From contig JBFWNW010000001.1 in NCBI GenBank assembly GCA_050250855.1, forward strand, positions 256,001 through 320,000: 64,000 nt of DNA. The letters are read 5' to 3'. Position 1 is the stretch's first letter. Every line of letters starts with the position of its first letter. The DNA comes from Candidatus Babeliales bacterium (GTDB lineage Bacteria; Babelota; Babeliae; Babelales; JACPOV01). Below are positions 58,257-64,000 of this stretch, in pieces. The notes beneath the pieces were generated by a model. That model ran no database searches. It had not been told where the DNA came from and saw only the letters and a list, made by a program, of their open reading frames with translations. Made by a program: the position numbers and the translations under genes.

Positions 58257-58443
58257 ATTAAATACTAAAAAAAATATAATAAACAAAAACGTCTTGTTTC
58301 GTCTTGGGCAACGACTTACATTAAATTAATCTTTAAAAATACTTATAAAATAAATATAAAAAAATTTTAATTAACAAACTCTTATTTGCCAGTATACTGG
58401 TGACAACAAAAATCAATTTTACTTTTAATCCAAAGGATTTTTT

Positions 58444-59667
58444 ATGTCACCACTCACGTATTTACTTCAGTACAATCGTTATTGCAATATTATTGGTATT
58501 GTGGCCATTGTTGCCATAGCAGTTCTTTTTTCGCGCAAGCGTTCTGCGATTAATTATAAGCTTGTTCTTAATGCGCTTGTGCTACAATTTGCCATTGCTT
58601 TTTTTGTACTCAAGACTGTTATTGGGCAAACAGCTATTAGCAAAATTTCTGGTGGCATTGCAGCGATTTATCAATGTGCCGATAAAGGAGCTGAATTTTT
58701 ATTTGGTGGTTTGATTAATCAGCATGGTGCATGGGGTTTTATTTTTGCTTTTAAAGTGTTGCCAATTATTATTTTTTTTGGTGCTTTAATGTCTCTTTTG
58801 TTCCATTGGGGTATCGTGCAAAAAATTGTTTATGCAATAAGTTTTGTGATACGTCCTTTATTGGGCACGTCTGGTGCGGAAACATTGTGCGCCATTGCCA
58901 ATAGTTTTTTGGGTCAAACAGAAGCGCCATTGCTTATTAAAAATTATTTAAAAAGCATGACCAAATCTGAAATGCTTGTTGTTATGGTTAGTGGCATGGG
59001 AACTATAAGCGGTGCAATTTTGGCAGTATTTGCTGCTATAGGTGTGCCAGCAGAACATTTGCTTTCTGCTAGTGTTATGGCAATTCCTGGAACTATTTTA
59101 ATTGCAAAAATTTTATATCCAGAAACTGAACATACCCAAACAGAAGCTGGTGTTGCCATGAAAGAAGAACGAAGCACTAAGAATATTTTTGATGCAATTT
59201 CTGCAGGAACAACTGATGGGTTGTATTTAGCATTAAATGTTGCAGCAATGTTAATTTCATTCTTATCATTATTAGCATTAATTAATATGATGCTTGATCA
59301 TTTTTATGCAGGGTTATCCCTTGCTACAATTTTCTCTCGCATTTTTTCACCATTAGGCTATCTGCTTGGTTTGACGGGACAAGAAGCAGCTCAAGCTGGC
59401 CAATTGCTTGGGTTGAAAGTTACGGTAAATGAAATGGTTGCCTATTTAGAGATGGTTAAAATGCATCTCTCTGATCGTGCCGTTGCATTATTGACCTATG
59501 CATTATGTGGCTTTTCAAATTTTTCTTGTATTGGAATCCAGATTGGCGGTATTGGTGCATTAGTGCCAGAAAAACGTCAATGGCTGTGTGAGCTTGGATT
59601 GCTAGCGGTACTTGGCAGTTCACTGTCTAATTTGCTTTCTGCTATGATTGCGGGATTGTTATTGTAA
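58444..59667 (+). CDS. nupC: Concentrative nucleoside transporter (CNT)
   Basis: FAFKVLPIIIFF, GTSGAE, FLGQTEAPL, NEMVAY, YALCGFSNF. Confidence 0.93.
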   Translation: MSPLTYLLQYNRYCNIIGIVAIVAIAVLFSRKRSAINYKLVLNALVLQFAIAFFVLKTVIGQTAISKISGGIAAIYQCADKGAEFLFGGLINQHGAWGFIFAFKVLPIIIFFGALMSLLFHWGIVQKIVYAISFVIRPLLGTSGAETLCAIANSFLGQTEAPLLIKNYLKSMTKSEMLVVMVSGMGTISGAILAVFAAIGVPAEHLLSASVMAIPGTILIAKILYPETEHTQTEAGVAMKEERSTKNIFDAISAGTTDGLYLALNVAAMLISFLSLLALINMMLDHFYAGLSLATIFSRIFSPLGYLLGLTGQEAAQAGQLLGLKVTVNEMVAYLEMVKMHLSDRAVALLTYALCGFSNFSCIGIQIGGIGALVPEKRQWLCELGLLAVLGSSLSNLLSAMIAGLLL

Positions 59668-60704
59668 GTAATTTCATTAAGCCAAGCAACAGTATTATTA
59701 TGAATAATTGGTAATCCTGTTGCTTGATATTCAAGTGCTTTTGTTGGTCGAGAAACCCAATTGATTAAACTGTTTTCTCGAAAAAGCAAGCCAGCATCAC
59801 ATGCAGCAAGGTACTCAAATACTTTTTCATGAGGTACTGAGCAGACATAGTAGTGTGATGGATCAATATTTTTATCATGCAGTAACTGTTCAAATACTTT
59901 TTTATCCTGGCTTAAAATCAAAAGAAACGTTTGAGGATTTTCTTGTATGCGTTGTACAAAGAAATCAATGCTCTCTTGTGGGCATTGCCACGGCTTTGCA
60001 GAACCATTATAGCAATATACGTACGTTGTATCAGCGATGCCAAGTTGTGTGCGTATTGCCGTGCGCCATGTTTGCACTGTTTTGGCATCAATTTTTTGGG
60101 GGATATCATGTTGAGCAATGGTAATCAGTTCAGGTTTTGTTTCATAGGTTTGTATAAGATATTCTTTGAGCGCTTGACTTACAGCTTCTACGTAAAAAGG
60201 TATATTCTGAGGAACATACGAATAAACGTACTTTTCAAGCGCATGAAAATGGCCCATGCGCCATGTGTGTAGCAGTGCATAGGGTTGTTTGGCAAAGCGG
60301 TGCGTGTACGCATATTCCTGCTCTAAAAGGCCGCGAGCTTGTACCGTAATGCTCAAACAGTTTGCTTTATTTAGAGCGCGTAAAGCAATAAATCCCGCAT
60401 GTGCCCCACGAGCAAAAAGTTCATAAGAAGCATAATGTTTTAAGATTTTTTTGAGCTGGCGTATTGCAGGGTTTAAAGACCATAGTCCTAAGAAGGGATA
60501 TTTTTTTAAAACAACGAGCGTGATGCCATATTTTTTTTCAAGGAGAGTTTTATAGGTAGTATCTGGTTGTTTTCTTTCAAAGGTTATAAGAATTATAGGT
60601 TTTGAAGGATCTCTTTTTTTTCTTTCTATTAGTGGCTGAAGCACTTGTGAATCAAAAATAGAGTTGGTAATGCCATCATATACTATGAATATGAATTTAT
60701 TCAT
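59577..60704 (-). CDS. Glycosyltransferase (GT4-like)
   Basis: YCYNGS..WQ, VPHEKV..YLAACDAG, RPTKALEYQATGLPII. Confidence 0.8.
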   Translation of the reverse strand: MNKFIFIVYDGITNSIFDSQVLQPLIERKKRDPSKPIILITFERKQPDTTYKTLLEKKYGITLVVLKKYPFLGLWSLNPAIRQLKKILKHYASYELFARGAHAGFIALRALNKANCLSITVQARGLLEQEYAYTHRFAKQPYALLHTWRMGHFHALEKYVYSYVPQNIPFYVEAVSQALKEYLIQTYETKPELITIAQHDIPQKIDAKTVQTWRTAIRTQLGIADTTYVYCYNGSAKPWQCPQESIDFFVQRIQENPQTFLLILSQDKKVFEQLLHDKNIDPSHYYVCSVPHEKVFEYLAACDAGLLFRENSLINWVSRPTKALEYQATGLPIIHNNTVAWLNEITYNNNPAIIAESKLDSELPSTASNPSSHSH

Positions 60705-61294
60705 TGATTGTAGTATTCATTTGTGCTATTTAGAATTTCTTGAGGGTCAAAGATGACGACCAGTATCCCGGTATCGATTGGTGAAAAAGATGAGGAAAAT
60801 TCTTCGTGTTCTGTATATTCTATATTAAATCCTAGATCTGTTAGGGAGAGAATATCATTAAGATTGTCTTTTTCTAGCGGATTATCATCAAGGTAAAGAT
60901 TAGCAAGCGCAGGGTTGTTTTTTTTTAGTTTTCTTAAAATCTTTTCATCAAGATAACCTATCTTATTCTGAGTTACATCAATATCTGTTATAGAAGGGCT
61001 TTTTATTGCTAATAATTTTTCTAATTCATCAAGATGATTATCATATAAGCAAAAAAGACGACATGTTGAAAGATCAAGCTTTTCAATACCAGCAAGGTCA
61101 GTAAGGCCTTTTCCTGCTATAGATATATCGACAGAACCGTAATTGTTTTGCGTTATTTCAATAAGTTGTTGGTGGTTTTTCGCTTGCAAAAGATAATCAA
61201 TATCTCGCTCTTCTTGAGGCAGAGGTTTTCCTGCAAACATTGAGCAAGAAATAAATAGAAGAGCATTGAACGTTAAAAAAAAGTTAATCGTCAT
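60701..61294 (-). CDS. Exported leucine-rich repeat protein
   Basis: LxxLxLxxNxL-type units (LFCLYDNHL, ITDIDVTQNKI, LANLYLDDNPL); signal peptide. Confidence 0.72.
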   Translation of the reverse strand: MTINFFLTFNALLFISCSMFAGKPLPQEERDIDYLLQAKNHQQLIEITQNNYGSVDISIAGKGLTDLAGIEKLDLSTCRLFCLYDNHLDELEKLLAIKSPSITDIDVTQNKIGYLDEKILRKLKKNNPALANLYLDDNPLEKDNLNDILSLTDLGFNIEYTEHEEFSSSFSPIDTGILVVIFDPQEILNSTNEYYNQ

Positions 61295-61436
61295 GACAGC
61301 AACAGCTTGAGCATGATGCCATACTCAAAAAGAGAGGTTTTGATATTTTTTTGTAGCAGGTGAAATAAAAAAGTAAAAAAAGAACAACAAGAATTATTAC
61401 AGCGGCTGTTGGCCTGAAAAAAATATTTTTTTTCAT
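61284..61436 (-). CDS. Unannotated 50-aa membrane peptide with Cys-rich tail
   Basis: Hand translation MKKNIFFRPTAAVIILVVLFLLFYFTCYKKISKPLFLSMASCSSCCCHDD*; GGGGAG SD; end overlaps the LRR gene start. Confidence 0.6.
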   Translation of the reverse strand: MKKNIFFRPTAAVIILVVLFLLFYFTCYKKISKPLFLSMASCSSCCCHDD

Positions 61437-61447
61437 GAGACTCCCCT

Positions 61448-61477
61448 AAAAAAAAGGGTTCCGGTTAGGGAACCCTT
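61448..61477 (-). terminator. Intrinsic terminator after the small lipoprotein
   Basis: Minus strand AAGGGTTCC-N6-GGAACCCTT followed by a T tract. Confidence 0.75.
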
Positions 61478-61484
61478 GAAGTTA

Positions 61485-61667
61485 TTACTCGTAATCTTCT
61501 TCGCTAAAGCCTACTTCTTTTTGCATTGGCCCAGAAACGCGAGCTTTTTGTTGTTTTGTTGTTCTTGTATCACAACGTTCTTCGCATACTTCTTGTTTGC
61601 AGCAACGACGATCATTGCAACCAGCAAGTGTTAAAAGACCAAGAGAAAGCATGAGTATTTTTTTCAT
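61485..61667 (-). CDS. Small Cys-rich lipoprotein
   Basis: Lipobox LAGC then RRCCKQEVCEERC; AAGGA SD. Confidence 0.72.
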   Translation of the reverse strand: MKKILMLSLGLLTLAGCNDRRCCKQEVCEERCDTRTTKQQKARVSGPMQKEVGFSEEDYE

Positions 61668-61743
61668 AGTAATTCCTTATTTTTTTTACTATTTTACTTT
61701 TTACTCTATAAGTTTAGAAAAACTAATTTAGTTTTACAAGTAC

Positions 61744-61772
61744 AAAAAAAAGCCCGATGCAAAATCGGGCTC
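61744..61772 (-). terminator. Intrinsic terminator after brnQ
   Basis: Minus strand AGCCCGAT-TTTGC-ATCGGGCT followed by a T tract. Confidence 0.8.
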
Positions 61773-61776
61773 TTAA

Positions 61777-62943
61777 TTAATACCAAAAATAGCTTATAGA
61801 TGAAATGATCAGAGTTATTGCAACAGGGATTTTAATTGGTTTAACATTAAATATTTTATAGGCAATGTTAAAAAAGGTTAAAGTAATAAGCGCTGGATAG
61901 GTAATAATAATAATTGGTTTTGAAAATGCTAAAATAGAACTTAACCCAAATAATGATGTTATCAAAGTTAGACCAAGCGTAATTAAAACTGCAGGAATAT
62001 AGCCAAGTTTTCCATTAAAAATCTGTGTATTTAAAAACTCACTAAATACTGCAGTAAGCGCTATGATAGTAGAATAACATGCCATCAAAACAGTCGTTGC
62101 AATAATGAGAGCACCATGTTGGCCTAAAATGCGCTGTGAAACGGCACTAAATAGTTCACCCTCATTAATTGATTCTAAGCCATGTCCATGATACGCGCCA
62201 AGGTATGCCAAGCCAATATATACTAACGCAAGAAGGCCAACGCCAACTAATCCTGCTTGGAAACTTAGCATTGCAAGGTGTTTAAAACTAGGCTTGCCTG
62301 GTGAACTATAATTTTTTTGCAAAATAGTAATGACAATGGCAGAGAATAAAATACCTGCCAAAATATCAAGCGTTTGGTAGCCAGCAATAATATTATCCCA
62401 AAAAACTTTTGCAGCAGTATTAGTAACTACGATTGGCTGTGCGCTCGTAAAATAACCTTTTACAATAATAATAGCTAGACCAAGTAATAAAACAGGACTA
62501 ATGATATTTCCTAAGAAATCTACAATCTTGCTTTCTTTATAGGTTGCCCAAAAGGTAAGTGCCAAAAAGATAAGGCAGAATGCAAAAAGGGAAAGCGTAG
62601 GAAAAAAAGGTGTAAGAACGGTATAAGAAAACGTTACAATACGCGGCATAGCAATTAAAGGGCCTGCTGCTATCAGACAAAAGGCAATAAAGAGAAAGCC
62701 CGGTATGCGCCCAAGGCGATAAAAAAATTGCGTGTAATCACCTTGAAACAGAATGATGGCAATAAGACCCGCAAAAGGAATTAATACACCGGTCAACAAA
62801 AAACCGGCAATTCCCCAGGCAAGGTGAGTTCCAGAACTCAATCCTACCTTAAGCGGAAACATTAAATTTGCGGCGCCAAAAAACATAGAAAATATAGCAA
62901 GGCCGGTCGTTATAATTTCTGAACTAAAAAACTTTTTAAACAT
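61777..62943 (-). CDS. brnQ: Branched-chain amino acid transporter (LIVCS)
   Basis: GLAIFSMFFGAANLMFP, GPLIAMPR, GYQTLD, ACYSTIIAL. Confidence 0.9.
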   Translation of the reverse strand: MFKKFFSSEIITTGLAIFSMFFGAANLMFPLKVGLSSGTHLAWGIAGFLLTGVLIPFAGLIAIILFQGDYTQFFYRLGRIPGFLFIAFCLIAAGPLIAMPRIVTFSYTVLTPFFPTLSLFAFCLIFLALTFWATYKESKIVDFLGNIISPVLLLGLAIIIVKGYFTSAQPIVVTNTAAKVFWDNIIAGYQTLDILAGILFSAIVITILQKNYSSPGKPSFKHLAMLSFQAGLVGVGLLALVYIGLAYLGAYHGHGLESINEGELFSAVSQRILGQHGALIIATTVLMACYSTIIALTAVFSEFLNTQIFNGKLGYIPAVLITLGLTLITSLFGLSSILAFSKPIIIITYPALITLTFFNIAYKIFNVKPIKIPVAITLIISSISYFWY

Positions 62944-63006
62944 ATAAGATCCTTTAAGTAATATTTATAGAATTTTTAATAAGAAAATTGGTTATAAAGA
63001 ATAGTA

Positions 63007-63114
63007 TTATAAGGCCAGGAGGGCCATACAGGAAATCATGGAATGAGAGAAGACATATGTTAAAAAGCCGTAATAGTGCTCATGATACAAAGACACTATT
63101 GAGTGATTACTCAC
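63007..63114 (-). CDS. Putative 35-aa leader ORF upstream of brnQ
   Basis: AAGGAG-6nt-GTG; MSNHSIVSLYHEHYYGFLTYVFSHSMISCMALLAL*. Confidence 0.4.
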   Translation of the reverse strand: MSNHSIVSLYHEHYYGFLTYVFSHSMISCMALLAL

Positions 63115-63290
63115 GGATTGCTCCTTCCGTTGTTAACATTAAAATGATCTGCGTCAATATTGGTATAGTCTAAACAAGGATTGGTGTTTTTACAAGAAAA
63201 AAGCGCAATATTCGTGCTTTTTGAGCAACTGTTGAATCGTGCCAATGCTCCATGCTATGGTTAACATAACAGGGGAAGAAAGGGGACGTT

Positions 63291-63842
63291 ATGAAAAAGT
63301 TATTCATAGCATTATGTTTTATTATGCCTTTGGCTTATTATCGAGGTGGCCTGGCTACAGCAAAAAATAAGGAGAATTTCATGCATATAGCAAGTGCATC
63401 GTTTGAAGATAACCATGCATTACCAGCAAAATATACTTGTGAAGGGGAAAACCGTTCGCCAGAATTGCACTGGTCTGGTGTGCCAGCGGGAACGCAAAGT
63501 TTGGCCTTACTCGTTGATGACCCTGATGCGCCTGGCGGCAAGCCGTTTGTTCATTGGATTGTTTTTAATATACCAGCTTCATTGAAGAGTTTGCCAGAGG
63601 GCGTCAAGCTTAAAAATATAGCGCCTGATGCTAAAGAGGGAAAAAATGATTTTGGTGATAGTGCTTATGGTGGCGCATGTCCTCCTAAGGGGCATGGCAT
63701 TCATCACTATGTTTTTACGTTGTATGCGCTTGATATAAAACTTAATCTGCAGGAAGGTGTTTCAAAGCAAGAATTTTTACAAGCAATGCAGGGCCATGTA
63801 CTCAAAAAAGCTCAGATTACTGGTCTTTACCAAAGAATTTAA
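63291..63842 (+). CDS. YbhB/YbcL (PEBP) family protein
   Basis: YTCEG.NRSPEL.W, DDPDAP, FVHW, YGGACPP.GHG.HHY.F.LYALD. Confidence 0.92.
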   Translation: MKKLFIALCFIMPLAYYRGGLATAKNKENFMHIASASFEDNHALPAKYTCEGENRSPELHWSGVPAGTQSLALLVDDPDAPGGKPFVHWIVFNIPASLKSLPEGVKLKNIAPDAKEGKNDFGDSAYGGACPPKGHGIHHYVFTLYALDIKLNLQEGVSKQEFLQAMQGHVLKKAQITGLYQRI

Positions 63843-63898
63843 TATAATTCTTGCCTGGGTTTAACTATTTCATTAGTATGAACATCAGTTTTTGAGCT

Positions 63899-63996
63899 GT
63901 TCGTATGCTTCGACAGGCTCAGCACGAACGGCTGTGAGTATTTCTTTCCGTTCGCCCCTGACCCTGAGCTTGTCGAATGGGTCGAAGGGTGCGAAC
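63899..63996. repeat. REP-like palindromic pair (family R)
   Basis: GTTCGTATGCTTCGACAGGCTCAGCACGAACGG..CCGTTCGCC..TGAGCTTGTCGAA..GGGTGCGAAC. Confidence 0.85.
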
Positions 63997-64000
63997 TTAA

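Overview
AT-rich bacterial chromosome segment. The gene content (scavenging transporters and salvage enzymes, scattered remnants of core operons, many signal-peptide orphan proteins with eukaryote-like motifs) suggests a host-associated intracellular bacterium, most plausibly Candidatus Dependentiae/Babelota (TM6); this is inference, not a database result. About 7.6-30.3 kb and 56.5-63.8 kb are mostly housekeeping genes (tatD, hup, serS, secD, pgsA, plsY, ATP-dependent ligase, rsmG, gatCA, prs, mreC, sppA, rpmE, prfA, nupC, brnQ). There are six tRNA genes. About 31-56.5 kb, downstream of a Val-Asn-Asp-Asp tRNA cluster, is accessory. The most striking structure is at 1.2-4.4 kb: an array of five secreted paralogs with a constant N-terminus (BC-box/cullin-box-like) and a variable C-terminus. 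The first four are each preceded, at about 700-bp period, by a copy of the last 13 codons of the neighbouring hydrolase gene, and these copies differ almost only at synonymous sites. This looks like a gene-tail-anchored cassette system. Other observations: a recurring signal peptide + Met-Glu/Asp signature, an F-box-like protein with a cryptic myristoylation motif, an alkaline-ceramidase-like protein, a catalytically dead 2H paralog, a variant tRNA-Asp, three nested families of non-autonomous palindromic elements, and two small ORFs missing from the ORF track. I saw no CRISPR array, rRNA, transposase or integrase.
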